A stretch of DNA of 64,000 nucleotides from Nitrosopumilus sp. GTDB lineage: Archaea; Thermoproteota; Nitrososphaeria; Nitrososphaerales; Nitrosopumilaceae. The number at the start of each line of letters is the position of its first letter. Position 1 is the stretch's first letter. Under the pieces are notes generated by a model. It made no database searches. It was not told the origin of the DNA and saw only the letters and a list, made by a program, of their open reading frames with translations. Both the position numbers and the translations under genes were made by a program. The DNA lies in assembly GCA_963662625.1 (NCBI GenBank), contig OY759726.1, forward strand, positions 64,001 to 128,000, given 5' to 3'. This document shows, in pieces, positions 51,501 to 61,158 of the stretch.

Positions 51501-53263
51501 GACGGGGCGTTGGGCGTGCCGCCGTCGATCCTGGCCGTGTCCCTCACGGTGCCGTCGGGGTTCAGGAACATGACTGAAAGGTAGCCCGTGCCGGAGCCCC
51601 CCAGGACGTGCCCCGGGGATCCCGCGGCCATGTCGGCCGTGCCGTCGCCGTCGAGGTCGCCGATGCCCGCCACGGACGAGCCGAAGCGGTCGCCCGCGGC
51701 CAGGGACGGGCCGTTTGGCGTGCCGCCGTCGATCCTCGCCTGGTCCCTGACCGTCCCGTCGGGGTTCATGAACAGGACGTACGCCTCGCCCGTGTCCGAC
51801 CCCCCGACGTTGCGCCCGGGAGCGCCGACTGCGACGTCGGGGACCCCGTCTGAGTCCAGGTCGCCGATGCCGTCCACCGACCACCCAAAGTAATCGTTTT
51901 CCACCAGCGGGGGGACGACGTCCCTCCCCTGGATCTCGCCCGTGCGCTTTACCGGGCTCCCGGCATCCCCGCCCACGGACATCACGTGGATGGTGTCGTC
52001 GCCGTACGTCCCGGCCGCCAGTTCCACGTAGCCGTCGGAGTCCAGGTCCCCCAGGCTCGCCACGGACCACCCAAAGTGGTCGCCCGCGTCCAGGGACGGG
52101 CCGTTGGGGGTGTCGCCGCCGACGGCGGCCGCGCGCTTCACGGTGCCGTCGGGGTTCAGGAACAGGACGTGCACCTGGCCCGGGTACGCGGACCTGAGGA
52201 ACACGCCCGGCGCGCCGACGGCGACGTCGGCGGTGCCGTCGCCGTCGAGGTCGCCGAGGCCGGCCACGGACGCGCCGAAGTGGGCGCCTCCCGCCAGCGC
52301 GGGGGCGTTTGGCGCGCCGCCGACGGCGGCCGCGCGCTTCACGGTGCCGTCGGGGTTGACGGACACGAGGTACACGCCGCCCGTGTCGGCGGCGCCGGCG
52401 GCGTCCCCGGGGGCCCCCACCGCCACTTCCAGGGAGCCGTCGCCGTCCAGGTCGCCCAGGGCCGCCGCGGCCTCGCCGAAGTTGCCGCTTGCCGGGAGCG
52501 CGGGGACGTTGGGGGTCCCGTTGCCGATCTCCGCCGTGCGCTTCACCGTCCCGTCGGGCCTGAGGAACATTACGTACACGCTGCCGGCGCCGACGTCGTC
52601 CTGGTAGTGGCCCGGCGCTCCGGCGGCTATGTCGGTGACGCCGTCGCCGTCCAGGTCGCCGAGGCTCGTGACGGACTCGCCGAACTTGTCGTCGGCGGCC
52701 AGCGCGGGGCCGTTGGGGGTCTGGGAGCCTATCTCGGCGGTGCGCTTTACCGTGCCGTCCGAATTCATGAACAGTATGTGCAGGTCGCCCGCGCCGGCGC
52801 CGCCGCTCACGTGGCCCGCCGCGCCGACGGCGATGTCGGCCGTGCCGTCGCCGTCGAGGTCGCCGATGCCCGCCACGGACGAGCCGAAGCGGTCGCCCGC
52901 GGACAGGGACGGGCCGTTGGGGGTATCGCCGTTGACGGTGGCGGCTGCCCTTACGGTGAGATCCGGGTTCATGAACAGGACGTACGCCTCGCCCGTGCAC
53001 GTCCTGCAGGACGAGGCGCCCGGCGCGCCTACCGCGACGTCGGCGGTGCCGTCGCCGTCGAGGTCGCCGATGCCCGCCACGTTGGCCCCAAAGCTGCTGT
53101 CGGAGCTGAAGGCGCCCCCGCTGATGGCGACTCCGTCGATCTTCACCGTGGACGAGAGCGAGACGGGGTCGGCGTGGTCGGCGTATGCCGCGCCGGTGCC
53201 CGCCAGTGACGCCACCGCCAGGGCTACTGCTAAAAGAGACGGCCAGGAAGCTGGTTTTAGCAT
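45524..53263 (-). CDS. Giant adhesin-like surface protein (2579 aa): FG-GAP repeats, PKD, DUF285/BspA-type repeats, SdrD-B domains with an inserted Cache domain
   Basis: Signal peptide; many [25 protein letters not shown]; TVDWGDG; [16 protein letters not shown] repeats; [11 protein letters not shown]; YVFGSGVY. Confidence 0.9.
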   Translation of the reverse strand: MLKPASWPSLLAVALAVASLAGTGAAYADHADPVSLSSTVKIDGVAISGGAFSSDSSFGANVAGIGDLDGDGTADVAVGAPGASSCRTCTGEAYVLFMNPDLTVRAAATVNGDTPNGPSLSAGDRFGSSVAGIGDLDGDGTADIAVGAAGHVSGGAGAGDLHILFMNSDGTVKRTAEIGSQTPNGPALAADDKFGESVTSLGDLDGDGVTDIAAGAPGHYQDDVGAGSVYVMFLRPDGTVKRTAEIGNGTPNVPALPASGNFGEAAAALGDLDGDGSLEVAVGAPGDAAGAADTGGVYLVSVNPDGTVKRAAAVGGAPNAPALAGGAHFGASVAGLGDLDGDGTADVAVGAPGVFLRSAYPGQVHVLFLNPDGTVKRAAAVGGDTPNGPSLDAGDHFGWSVASLGDLDSDGYVELAAGTYGDDTIHVMSVGGDAGSPVKRTGEIQGRDVVPPLVENDYFGWSVDGIGDLDSDGVPDVAVGAPGRNVGGSDTGEAYVLFMNPDGTVRDQARIDGGTPNGPSLAAGDRFGSSVAGIGDLDGDGTADMAAGSPGHVLGGSGTGYLSVMFLNPDGTVRDTARIDGGTPNAPSLAADARFGESASGIGDLDGDGVPDVAVGAPGHATRGSGTGDVHVLFMNPDGTVKRAATVNAGSQNGPALEPGARFGWSVAGIGDLDSDGVPDVAVGAPGHATRGTGTGGVHVLFMNPDGTVKRAAQVDGTAPNGPSLAAGDRFGAAVSGIGDLDSDGVTDVAVGAPGPVIGQPGRESLFVLLMNPDGTVKRTSEMGSGTPNGPSLTAGDRFGAAVSGIGDLDGDGNVEVAVAAPASASVYVAYTSAAHGGAGSADPLSLLSTYQIKGSDIAMATNPDITFGFSTASLGDLDGDGNADIAVGAPGTTGCNCQGAMHILLLNADGTVRDVSTIDGGTPNGPTLENNAHFGQSVASLGDLDGDGTVEIAVGAPGHNVNGIATGDLYVLFLNPDGTVKRTAGVNGAVPNGPSLDDGDQFGKSVSAIGDLDGDGVTDIAVGAPGHVIRGDSTGDIHMIFLNPDGAVKRTAQINGQTPNGPSLDDGDQFGRSVTGIGDLDSDGTVDIAVGAPGHNIDGATTGDLYVIFLNPDGTVKRTAGVNGQTPNGPSLAANDRFGQSAANIGDLDGDGVADLAAGAPGNFGSAVRGSIHVMLLNPDGTVKRTAGIGGDTANGPYLAAGHRFGSSITAIGDLDGDGVAEIAVGTYGDDTVHVIFPAPDGTVKRTAEIAGRDTASPPYVNHYFGWSLANIGDLDGDGTTDVAVGIPGQGRENVYTGEAYLLFMNSDGTVKRTAVINGDTANGPQLQRADRFGTSVTGLGDLDGDGTADLAVGAPGSLMSPATGGVVHVMFLNADGTVKRTTEINGTVPNGPAISTGDRFGQSVAGLGDLDGDGVADLAVGATGHLLRGAATGDVYVMFLNADGTVKRTAEVNGTVPNGPALARNAGFGTSTANIGDLDGDGVTDIAVGAIGPIAGERIPPGDVHIVFLNPNGTVKLAAKIGSQTPNGPSLDNEDRFGKSVSGIGDINGDGTVDIAVGATGSVASGVTGTTYVIFLNPDGTAQRTVEVNGDTPNGPALAENAYFGASVTSLGDLDGDGYTDLAVGAPISSSVYVMYATTSQADFVTTWETKRPGESVRIPVGGATGTYTVDWGDGASTMETGDAAHAYDAPGTYQVRISGDFTRIYLGGDPFNATKIRSIDQWGAAQWSTMESAFHGATRMTYSATDMPDLSGVTNLSFMFFRAASFNGDVSGWDTSGITDMSYMFTYADIFNQPIGSWDTSGVTDMALMLSGAAAFNQPIGSWDVSNVTDMTRMFAHATSFNQPIDSWDTSSVTAMTRMFAEARSFDQPLNSWDTSNVTDMFRLFNAAVSFNQPLDSWDTSNVTDMSYMFIFATAFNGDVSAWDTSNVTDMSAMFAHAASFNGDVSNWDTSSVTSMFSTFSVAPRFNQPIGSWDTSNVTDMSYLFAHATSFNQPIGSWDTSNVTDMTSMFLDARLFDQDLGSWDTSAVAYAPDMFAHATAFNGDVSGWDTSSVTDTSSMFAHTAYFDQPVGSWDVSSVTDMNNMFAHAASFNQPIGSWDVSSVRDMSYMFLDAASFNQPVGSWDVSGAADMTRMFHFAASFGQDLGPWYAVPADTAVNAGDTLVAAVMAQNAFLAAQAPTYGVAPGGDGDLFEVCGSYLRSVSSEYSKPSYDITVTSVGGFASPNSVDLTVTVGNDAGGNTALVTGTVFTDSDGDGVRDPGEAGIPGYSMYAVDLASPQVVIQNAIATYDRLGTAEAFASINSMQSTQPTYPFVIDPDSRIIVSHGANPARVGAVSVITMLPEWPDILRDLARDGRATASYDFANPATGMVEPKKSLLMLHDGYVFGSGVYNQDAPPSDSGVLEAVTCSDGTYYFDGLTPSATTLVQATYFPFDHTITTGSQFAYIQTAADAPATFDVGFRPVQPSEAVTLEVTAYADSNSNGALDEGEPAIPGVTVTVYTYTTNELDSVATGNDGTATKSDIAPADFLAQVVVPEGYSGVTSPVDPASGVAGALTVSAPEPGSTVQMLVGLVPAR

Positions 53264-53536
53264 CGGGATCTCCTCTGCAAGGGTACGAGCAGGCTGGAAT
53301 ACCGCGCGGCGATCGGATCAACCCCCGCGCTGCCACATGGCCATAACATGTCTAAACTCAATGGCATTATGCCCAATCGGTTGTATATAAAACATGAAAG
53401 CCGGCGGTTGGGCGCGGGATCCGTGCGGCCCGCGCGCCATTCCCGCCTGCCCACGCGGCGCCGGGGACGGCACGCCAGTCCCCTGCCGGCTTGCGCGCTT
53501 TGGCGGGGGGCCGGACGCATTCCGGGCATGGCGGGG

Positions 53537-54676
53537 TCAGTTCCGGGGCCTCTCTTCGAGGGTTATCGTAAAGCTCGTGGTGCGCCCGTCCCTGAGCACC
53601 TCCAGCACCATCTCGTCGCCGACCGACTTTGCCCTCTGGAGGTGGATCAGTATGTCGTCGATCTTCCGCACGTCCATCCCGTCGACGGAGAGTATGATGT
53701 CGCCGCCCGCCCGGAACGACGAGCCGCCGAGCTCCACGGTCCTGTCGGATCCGCGCAGCCCTGCCTTCGACGCCGGGCTGTCCTCCACCACGGTTATCAC
53801 CAGGAAGCCTATGGTATCGCTCAGGTTCAGGGCCCTCGCGATGTCGGGGTCTACGTCCTGCCCGGATATCCCGATCCACGGGTGCGCGTACCTCCCGTCG
53901 CTGATCAGGCTGGGCACGATCTTCACGAGGGTCTGCGACGGGACCGCAAACCCGACGCCCGTAAACTCCCCGGTCAGGGACTGTATGGCCGTGTTGATCC
54001 CGACCACCTCGCCCCTCGCGTTAAGCAGCGGCCCCCCAGAGTTCCCGGGGTTTATGGCCGCGTCGGTCTGTATTATGTCCGGTATCGAGAACCCCGCGTT
54101 GGACGGCAGCAGCCTGCCCAGCTGGCTGACGATCCCCGATGTCATGGAGCCCGACAGCCCGAACGGGTTTCCGATCGCCGCCACGCGCTCCCCCACCTTC
54201 AGGTTGGACGAGTCGCCGAGCTGCAGGGGGCTCAGCATCGGCATGTCCGCGTTAACCCTGATGACGCCGACGTCCGTAAACGCGTCCGTCCCCACGGTCT
54301 CCGCGTCGTAGGAGCGGCCGTCGAGGAACGTGACGGTTATCCTTCCCGCGTTCTCGACCACGTGCGCGTTGGTGATGATGTGGCCCTTCTTGTCAAAGAC
54401 GAACCCCGAGCCCACGTTGCCCGCGGCGTCGGGCATCTCGGCCCTCTGCACGTTGACCCTGACCACCCCGGGCTCGGTCCTCTCGAAGATCTCGACGAGG
54501 GACAGCGGCCCCGTGTATGCCGGGGCGGGCGCCCCCGCCGTGCTCGCGGCGTGCCCGTTGGTGACTACGGCCCCCGGCCCCGGCAGTTCGGGCGCCGAGA
54601 GGATCAGCGCCGCGAATACGACGCTGGCAATCGCCGCCCCCGTGATCCCGCCAACCACCACGCCGGAGCTTCCCAT
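53537..54676 (-). CDS. HtrA/DegP-like serine protease with PDZ domain
   Basis: GSGF, TNAHVV, IQTDAAINPGNSGGPL, PDZ. Confidence 0.95.
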   Translation of the reverse strand: MGSSGVVVGGITGAAIASVVFAALILSAPELPGPGAVVTNGHAASTAGAPAPAYTGPLSLVEIFERTEPGVVRVNVQRAEMPDAAGNVGSGFVFDKKGHIITNAHVVENAGRITVTFLDGRSYDAETVGTDAFTDVGVIRVNADMPMLSPLQLGDSSNLKVGERVAAIGNPFGLSGSMTSGIVSQLGRLLPSNAGFSIPDIIQTDAAINPGNSGGPLLNARGEVVGINTAIQSLTGEFTGVGFAVPSQTLVKIVPSLISDGRYAHPWIGISGQDVDPDIARALNLSDTIGFLVITVVEDSPASKAGLRGSDRTVELGGSSFRAGGDIILSVDGMDVRKIDDILIHLQRAKSVGDEMVLEVLRDGRTTSFTITLEERPRN

Positions 54677-54714
54677 GGGGATAGTGTTTCCCGCCCCGGG
54701 TGTAAAAGGTTTTG

Positions 54715-55923
54715 CTATATGCCTATCGAGTCCTGGGCGTGGTCCTTCACGGAGTACCTCCTGCCCCTCCATGACACGGCCCCGTCGGACTTTGCCTGCA
54801 GCAGCCCGCTCAGGAACCCCAGGACGACCACCAGTCCCCCCAGCGGCGCGAACGCCACGTGGGCCAGCCCCAGGGACAGCCCCTTCCTGGCCTCCACCGC
54901 CCCCCCTGCGTAGACGAGCGCCGACGCTGCAAGCGAGGCCCAGAGCAGGCTCTGGCCGGCGGCGCCTTCCTGCGGGAACGCCAGGGAGAGGGCCGCGAAC
55001 GGGAACGGCATGAACAGCAAGAACAGCACCGCGGCGAACACCCCCGCCGCGGTCCGCCCGCTCTGCAGGTAGAGCGGCACCATCAGGCGCTTCAGGCCGT
55101 TCCACAGCGTGGACCTGTCGCGCGCCCAGACGGCCTCCACCAGGTGCTCCCCCCTGACCATCCGGATCTTGTGCCCGGCCGCCTTGACCTTCCTGCCGAG
55201 CGCCCCGTCCTCGATGATCTCGCCCCTGACTCCCTCGTGCATCCCGACCCCCCGGTAGACGCCCTCCTTGATTATGAAGAAGCTGCCAAAGAAGTACCCC
55301 GTCTTTTTTGCGGGATCGTTCACCTTTACGGCCGAGAACCACGTGTGCAGGAACGTGGAGATCATCGGCATCGTTATCCTCGTCCACCAGTCGAGCAGGG
55401 CCATCCGGGGGATGACGGACAGGGCGTCTGACCCGGAGGACACCATGTGCGATACCGCCAGCGAGACCACCCCGGGCGAGTGCACGGTGTCCGCGTCGGT
55501 GAACAGCAGCAGGTCCCCCGTCGCCTTCCTGACCCCCTCCATGCATGCCCAGTTCTTGCCCATCCACCCGTCCGGTTTGGGGCCCGCGTCGACCCGGATG
55601 ATCCGCGGGTGCCTTGCGGCAAACTCCCCGATGATCTCCCCCGTCCGGTCGCCGGACGAATCGTTGATTGCTATCACCTCGCATTCCGCGTAGTCCTGTG
55701 CGGCCAGCGAGGCCAGGCACCTCCCGATGAACCCCTCCTCGTTCCTGGCCGGCACTATGACGGACACCCTGGGGTTCCCGTGCGCTCCCCCCTCAAACCT
55801 GTCCAGGTACGGCGTCTGCGTGAAGGAGACCGCCATGGACCTTATCAGGAATGCCCAGGCGCACGCCACGCCGGCCATGATGGCCGCCAGGGCGTAGTTC
55901 AGCGCATCGAAGAGCGGGTCCAC
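54715..55923 (-). CDS. Glycosyltransferase family 2 (membrane-bound)
   Basis: VPARNEE, GWMGK, FTDAD, IIED, VSWRGR. Confidence 0.9.
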   Translation of the reverse strand: MDPLFDALNYALAAIMAGVACAWAFLIRSMAVSFTQTPYLDRFEGGAHGNPRVSVIVPARNEEGFIGRCLASLAAQDYAECEVIAINDSSGDRTGEIIGEFAARHPRIIRVDAGPKPDGWMGKNWACMEGVRKATGDLLLFTDADTVHSPGVVSLAVSHMVSSGSDALSVIPRMALLDWWTRITMPMISTFLHTWFSAVKVNDPAKKTGYFFGSFFIIKEGVYRGVGMHEGVRGEIIEDGALGRKVKAAGHKIRMVRGEHLVEAVWARDRSTLWNGLKRLMVPLYLQSGRTAAGVFAAVLFLLFMPFPFAALSLAFPQEGAAGQSLLWASLAASALVYAGGAVEARKGLSLGLAHVAFAPLGGLVVVLGFLSGLLQAKSDGAVSWRGRRYSVKDHAQDSIGI

Positions 55924-56467
55924 GGATCATCCCTCGGAATCAATATGCTTTTAGTGCCATTAAATGTCAAACCTGCCACACCCCAAACAGATCTCCCCCA
56001 CAACCCACAACACCACGCCTTGCCGCCCAGAGCGGACTGCCGGCCACCGGTCCCCCCCATGTCCGTTACCCCATCCACGTTCCAGCTCCGCGCGTCGGCT
56101 TAAAAGCATGCCCTGCCGCCCCCCCCCCGGCACCCTGATTTGACGGCCAACACCCTAACTTAACGGCATGGGTGGATCCCCCCAAAACCGCCTAAGATTT
56201 ACCAGAGTACCTGCCGGGGTTCTGGCAAGTTACAGGGGCATGAAATCCCCTGGAAAGTGGGGGGACGTGAGTGACTTTGTCGCGGATCATACTGGCCATT
56301 TTAAGGCAAATGGCTCTGTTCAATCAGGGTGATGCGTCCTCCCCGCCGTTCTAAAGTGTGCCTTGTGGATCATCTCCCGGCCCGGCCACGGCCCGCGGAT
56401 CGTGCCGGGTTGTGCAACAGGCCACGGGGCGGGGATCGTTTTTATCTGATCGGTGCCGACTTGTTGC

Positions 56468-57121
56468 ATGGACCGCCTTTACGCAGCGCTGCTGGCGGTG
56501 CTGGCCGGGTGCGCCTTTTCGGCGGCGGCGTTCGCGGAGGACGGCCGGCAGGTGCCAGAGTGGGTGAGGGACGCCGCCGTGTGGTGGGGGCTGGGCCTGG
56601 TGGACGACTCGGAGTTCTTCGGCCTGGTGGGGTTCCTGGTGGAGGAGGGCCTGATCGCGGCTGGGCCCGGGGCGCCGGAGATCCGGGACGCGTATGACCG
56701 GGGGTACGCCGACGGGCTTGCGGCCGGGGAGGACGCGCTATGGGAGTACGTGGACGGCTCGCTGGGGCGGCTGTCCTTCGTCGAGGGCGCGTCGCTGTCC
56801 GTGGTCACCGAGGGTTCCGCCTTTGGGAAGGGCGAGCGGGTGGCGGTGAGGATAGTGAACACCGGGACGGCGCCGCTGACGTTCGGGTCCGCCTCCTACG
56901 GGCTCGTGATCACCGGGCCGTCGGGCGGGGTGGTGTACGAGCCGGTCGCGGCGGCGGTGATGAGCCACCTGGGGCCGGGCGAGGAGGCGCGGGGCTCCTG
57001 GGACCAGATCCACAGCGACGGGCGGCCCGTGGGGAAGGGGCTGTACAAGATCCACGCCGGGGGGCACGACCAGAACTTTAACGCCGTCGGCGGGTCGGCC
57101 ACCGTGGCGGTACTGGGATAG
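56468..57121 (+). CDS. Secreted PEWV/BsuPI-like protein, duplicate copy
   Basis: Translation identical to 36192-36845. Confidence 0.72.
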   Translation: MDRLYAALLAVLAGCAFSAAAFAEDGRQVPEWVRDAAVWWGLGLVDDSEFFGLVGFLVEEGLIAAGPGAPEIRDAYDRGYADGLAAGEDALWEYVDGSLGRLSFVEGASLSVVTEGSAFGKGERVAVRIVNTGTAPLTFGSASYGLVITGPSGGVVYEPVAAAVMSHLGPGEEARGSWDQIHSDGRPVGKGLYKIHAGGHDQNFNAVGGSATVAVLG

Positions 57122-57252
57122 GGCAGCCTGCCGCGGCCCGCGCGCGGGGCGCGTTGCGCGCCGTCCGGCACCGCGTTGCCGCCCGGGGGCGGGGTGGCTT
57201 CGAATGCTAATATACGCGTCCCCCGTACTGCCCCCATGGTGCCGCCCGGGGG

Positions 57253-57711
57253 ATGAAGACCGTCTACCTCGCAAACCCGTACGGGTTCTCAGGGCAGCAG
57301 CGGGACGGCCCCCTGCGGGACCTGGTGCGGGTCCTGGAGGAGATGGGCGCCGAGGTGTGGGAGCCTTTCGCCCGCAACAACCAGGGAGGCACGCTGGGGC
57401 CCGGCGCCGCATACCGCATAGGCCAGAAGGACATGCGCGACGTGCGGGATTCTGACGGGATCCCCGCGGTGGTCAACGGCGTGCCCCCTGACGAGGGGGT
57501 CATGGTGGAACTGGGCATGGCGGTTGCCTGGGGGCGGGAGGTGTTCCTCTTCAGGGACGATTTCAGGAGGTGCACTGACAGCGGCGAGTACCCCCTCAAC
57601 CTGATGCTGTTTGCGGGGCTCCCGGAAAAGGGGTGGCGCGACAGGTACTATACCGGAATAGACGATCTCCGCGATCCGGACGGGGCCCTGGCCAGGTGGC
57701 TCGCAGGCTGA
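57253..57711 (+). CDS. Nucleoside 2-deoxyribosyltransferase family protein, duplicate copy (L>P)
   Basis: Same as 36977-37435 except DGILAV>DGIPAV. Confidence 0.85.
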   Translation: MKTVYLANPYGFSGQQRDGPLRDLVRVLEEMGAEVWEPFARNNQGGTLGPGAAYRIGQKDMRDVRDSDGIPAVVNGVPPDEGVMVELGMAVAWGREVFLFRDDFRRCTDSGEYPLNLMLFAGLPEKGWRDRYYTGIDDLRDPDGALARWLAG

Positions 57712-57751
57712 CAGGGCGGGGCCGCTTGGGAGATCCCCTCCCCCTGCCGGC

Positions 57752-57962
57752 AGATGGTTCTGGCATGTCCCAAATGTACAAAGTGTGTCTTGAAGCAAAA
57801 AGCAAGATAGATTCTGGAAAAGTCACGGCAAGGGCTGTGGATGTTGGAGGTGTTGCCAGACATAGTAAAAAACACGAGTGTGAACATGCTATTGTGATAG
57901 CACCTGCGTTCCCAACCTCTGATGGGAAGAGCTCGGCTCTGGCGCAAGAGATCAATAATGCC
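57752..57962 (+). pseudogene. Low-GC fragment of a PD-(D/E)xK nuclease-like domain
   Basis: YKVCLEAKSK (ExK motif)...HAIVIAPAFP; abrupt composition change; no clear start or end. Confidence 0.5.
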
Positions 57963-58273
57963 AAAAAACCAGCCCCCGCAAAAGCCGGGCGCGGATCATC
58001 CCCCCGGCAAAAAAAAAATTCAACCCGCAAAAAACCGCACCCCGAAAAAATTGGATCAGGCCCGGGCCCGCGCGGCGCGTTCCAATCTTGAAGATTCGAA
58101 TTTCGAGGCGCGCCAACCCTGAAAATTAAATTTTTCCAGGGGATCGCCGGACGCCGGCCGTCTCCGGCAGGGCGGGGAAGCGCCGCGAGAGCGCCCCCCG
58201 GAACTCCCCGGGAACGGTCCCGGCGGAGGGCCTGAAAAAGCAGCCCGCCGGGATTCTTGCAAAGTCACTCCCG

Positions 58274-58445
58274 GGGAACGGTCCCGGCGGGACGGACGGG
58301 AAAACAACTCAAGGGAACGGTCCCGGCGGGACGGACGGGAAAACAACTCAAGGGAACGGTCCCGCCGGGACGGACGGGAAAACAACTCAAGGGAACGGTC
58401 CCCGGGAACGGTCCCGGCGGGACGGACGGGAAAACAACTCAAGGG
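58274..58445. repeat. 39-bp tandem repeat x4 (gggaacggtcccggcgggacggacgggaaaacaactcaa)
   Basis: Units at 58274, 58313, 58352 and 58404, with a 13-bp partial at 58391; further partial near 58210. Confidence 0.93.
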
Positions 58446-58691
58446 CGCGCGGCGGCGTGATCCAACTCGGAAGAATTGAATTTCATGGGGCCAGGTTCTT
58501 TGTGGGGCCGGGATCCAATTTTTGGGCCGGGAGGGGAGCGCGCCGGGGAGCGGAAAAGTGTGCCATTTTCCTAATATAAAACCCTGCAAAAATTTTTGGG
58601 GGGCCGTTGGAATTTTAGGTGCATAAAATCAAGACCCGGGAAAAAAAATCAACCAGGGTCAAATAAAACGGGTAGGTGCATAATTTGCGGA

Positions 58692-59048
58692 CTATGACGA
58701 TTTCCTGAAATCAATGGAGCATGATTTCCCGGTGTATGAGAACTCGGCGCCGTCGCCCTTCCTCAGGTCCATCATGGCGGCGAGCGCCTTCGGGATGGTG
58801 AGCCTGAGGGTGGTGTAGACCTCCCCCCTGTACCTCCTGGTCACGCTCTCGTCGAGCTTCACCTGGAAGTCGTCCACGTGCGTCCTTTCCCGGGACATCC
58901 TGACCGCGAAGCCCCCAGCCAGGGCGAGGAAGACCGCGTCGCCGGCGGCAAGGCGCATCTCCCCCCTGACGTAGCTCGGCACGTTCACGTACGTCCTGTA
59001 ATAGTCCCTCCCCTTCTGGCGGAACATCCTCATCACCTGGACCTTCAC
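58692..59048 (-). CDS. Tandem AbrB/MazE/SpoVT-like DNA-binding protein
   Basis: YVNVPSYVRGEMRLAAGD and LTIPKALAAMMDLRKGD motifs; TTATAT box about 25 bp upstream of GTG 59048. Confidence 0.75.
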   Translation of the reverse strand: MKVQVMRMFRQKGRDYYRTYVNVPSYVRGEMRLAAGDAVFLALAGGFAVRMSRERTHVDDFQVKLDESVTRRYRGEVYTTLRLTIPKALAAMMDLRKGDGAEFSYTGKSCSIDFRKSS

Positions 59049-59091
59049 GCAGTCGGGCAGCGCGTGTGGATATAAGGCCCGCCAGTCGCTG

Positions 59092-59118
59092 GACCACGTG
59101 CCAAATTGGCACGTGGTC
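59092..59118. promoter_or_regulatory. Perfect 13-bp inverted repeat
   Basis: gaccacgtgccaa-a-ttggcacgtggtc. Confidence 0.7.
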
Positions 59119-59123
59119 AGGCC

Positions 59124-59470
59124 GGCGCGGATCCTCCCGCTAGTAGCCTGGGACGGACCGTCCCCGGTTCCGTCATGGGGCGCGGATCCTCCCGCTAGTA
59201 GCCTGGGACGGACCGTCCCCGGTTCCGTCATGGGGCGCGGATCCTCCCGCTAGTAGCCTGGGACGGACCGTCCCCGGTTCCGTCATGGGGCGCGGATCCT
59301 CCCGCTAGTAGCCTGGGACGGACCGTCCCCGGTTCCGTCATGGGGCGCGGATCCTCCCGCTAGTAGCCTGGGACGGACCGTCCCCGGTTCCGTCATGGGG
59401 CGCGGATCCTCCCGCTAGTAGCCTGGGACGGACCGTCCCCGGTTCCGTCATGGGGCGCGGATCCTCCCGC
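59124..59470. repeat. 55-bp perfect tandem repeat x6.3
   Basis: ggcgcggatcctcccgctagtagcctgggacggaccgtccccggttccgtcatgg; identical units, no spacers. Confidence 0.96.
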
Positions 59471-59978
59471 CAGTCGCGTTGGGCACCCAACGATGGCGGC
59501 CATCTGGGCCGGAGGAGGGGGGGTTTCTTGGCCCTCCCGCTCAACTCGGGGGAATTGGGACGGCCGGGGATCCCCCCGACCACGTCCTAGAATGCCGGGG
59601 GAGCCAGGCAGGCCGCCCTCCCTGCCGCGCACTGCGGGCGGAGATGGGACGCCCCAGCTGGCCGGCCGTCGACGATGCTGGTTCTGGCCGGAGATGGCGG
59701 GTTGGTTTCTTATTTCCCCTACCGGAAGTGGGGACACGAGTCCCCCTCTCCCAGTTTCGGCAAGGCCCCTTGGGACCAAGCCAACCCGGCCTAAAGGCCG
59801 AGCCCCAGGAGGATGCCAGGATCCGTGACCGGATCCCGCGGCATCGTCGCCTGGGTCATCAGGGGGATTCCCTGGAATTTGCCCGCATTGGGGCGGTCGG
59901 CGCGTCAGGCGCTCGGTTCGATTCCGTCCGCCGGCGCTGGCCGGGCTGGACAGTGGAGGGACCTTGGGCCCCCGCCAT

Positions 59979-60425
59979 TCAGTTTCCGGAGGGGGACACA
60001 GTCCCTTCCCCGGTCCGGCCGCCGAACAGCCACAGTTCTAGGAGGCTCATGAACTTGCCGTGCCTCATGTTGGCCACCATCGGGCGGTCGAACCTGACGC
60101 CGACGTACTCGACGCCATCCTCGATCCTGTCCCCGATGGCCAGCGTCGGATCCACGACCTTGCCGCCCTCCACGAGGAAGGCGTGCTGGACCCGGATCCC
60201 GAGCGACGGGAGGCGGACGAAGCCCTCGTAATAGGATCGGCCCGCGGAGTGCATGGCGGCGTTACGGTAGCACTCCCTGATCCTGCACCCCCGCGAGGAG
60301 ATGGCGGACGACTTCTCCCTGTCCACGGCCGTGAAGCGCCGGGCATGAGAGGAGAACTTCTCCGCCTCCACGCCTCCGAACGGGATGGAAGTCAGCCCCG
60401 CCGCCCCATTCCCTTCCATTTTCAT
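59979..60425 (-). CDS. Hypothetical protein with a papain/transglutaminase-like C-H-D pattern
   Basis: ECYRNA...YYEG...QHAF...VVDPT. Confidence 0.7.
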   Translation of the reverse strand: MKMEGNGAAGLTSIPFGGVEAEKFSSHARRFTAVDREKSSAISSRGCRIRECYRNAAMHSAGRSYYEGFVRLPSLGIRVQHAFLVEGGKVVDPTLAIGDRIEDGVEYVGVRFDRPMVANMRHGKFMSLLELWLFGGRTGEGTVSPSGN

Positions 60426-60535
60426 CCGACCACCTTGTAGTATGACATTTTCCGGCACCTGGGGCACCGGGTGGGCGACGGGCCGTCGCGCTGCCTGCCC
60501 AGGTACTCGCACGAGAGGCACACGTTCCGGTGCAT

Positions 60536-60967
60536 CTAGTCCTCCGCCTCCAGGTACTGCGTGGAGGGGCCGTAGAAGTCTATGACCGCGTCATCACGCA
60601 GTTCCAGCGCCTCGACATGCCCGCATTTGCAGACCCACGTGTCATGGACCGCGCCGCCGTCGCGGCGGTACAGCTCCGTGGTGGGCTGGTTCGCCCTGCA
60701 CGCGCGGCAGTTCTTGCCCCGCACCAGGGTGATCGTCTCGCTGTCCCTGTCGTCGCTGTCGGCTCGCCCCGGCGCGCCCCCCGCCACCGCGGGGATCCCG
60801 CACACCTGCCCGGACCCGTCCAGGACTATCTCCGCCGTGGCCGGCACCCGCGCCCGAAGGCACGCGGCGTACGACCTGGCGCCGTGCCGCACGATGACGG
60901 CCGCGACGTTGCCGGGCCTGAAGCCCTCCGGGAGGAGGCTCGCCGCCTCCACCGTCTTACCTGCCAT
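60536..60967 (-). CDS. Hypothetical zinc-ribbon protein
   Basis: CRAC...WVCKCGH. Confidence 0.6.
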   Translation of the reverse strand: MAGKTVEAASLLPEGFRPGNVAAVIVRHGARSYAACLRARVPATAEIVLDGSGQVCGIPAVAGGAPGRADSDDRDSETITLVRGKNCRACRANQPTTELYRRDGGAVHDTWVCKCGHVEALELRDDAVIDFYGPSTQYLEAED

Positions 60968-61158
60968 GGGGATCTCGCCCCACTCTAGTTCTCCCCTGTA
61001 CTTTGCTACCTGTTCCAAGGAACCACCTCCAGTGATCCGTTGTCCTGCCGTGACGGCAGTGGCTGCCGCGGTTCCGCGGCGGGGGCCTGGCGGCCCCCGG
61101 TCTCGTCCCCTTCCGGCCGCGCTTGGCGGCCAGTCCCGGCAAGTGCCGGCCGGCGCAT

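Larger units (their letters stand above)
56378..57751. repeat. 1374-bp segment, copy 2
   Basis: Duplicate of 36102-37475. Confidence 0.95.

Noticed and set aside
51489-51502. 14-bp match between the unit C insert (reverse complement) and the adhesin gene
   Set aside because: Too short and GC-rich to be a protospacer. No convincing in-window match to any insert was found by eye.
56229-56265. ORB-like motif (cccctggaaagtgggggg) as a replication origin
   Set aside because: Single imperfect copy, no cdc6/orc1 nearby, and in a region of doubtful quality.
58274-58445. 39-bp array as a CRISPR array
   Set aside because: Abutting, near-identical units with no spacers.
59124-59470. 55-bp array as a CRISPR or TIGR array
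   Set aside because: Units are identical with no variable spacers and no box C/D motifs.
59905-59940. tRNA-like GGTTCGATTCC as a tRNA or att remnant
   Set aside because: Only a 3-bp stem; no acceptor or anticodon arms could be folded.
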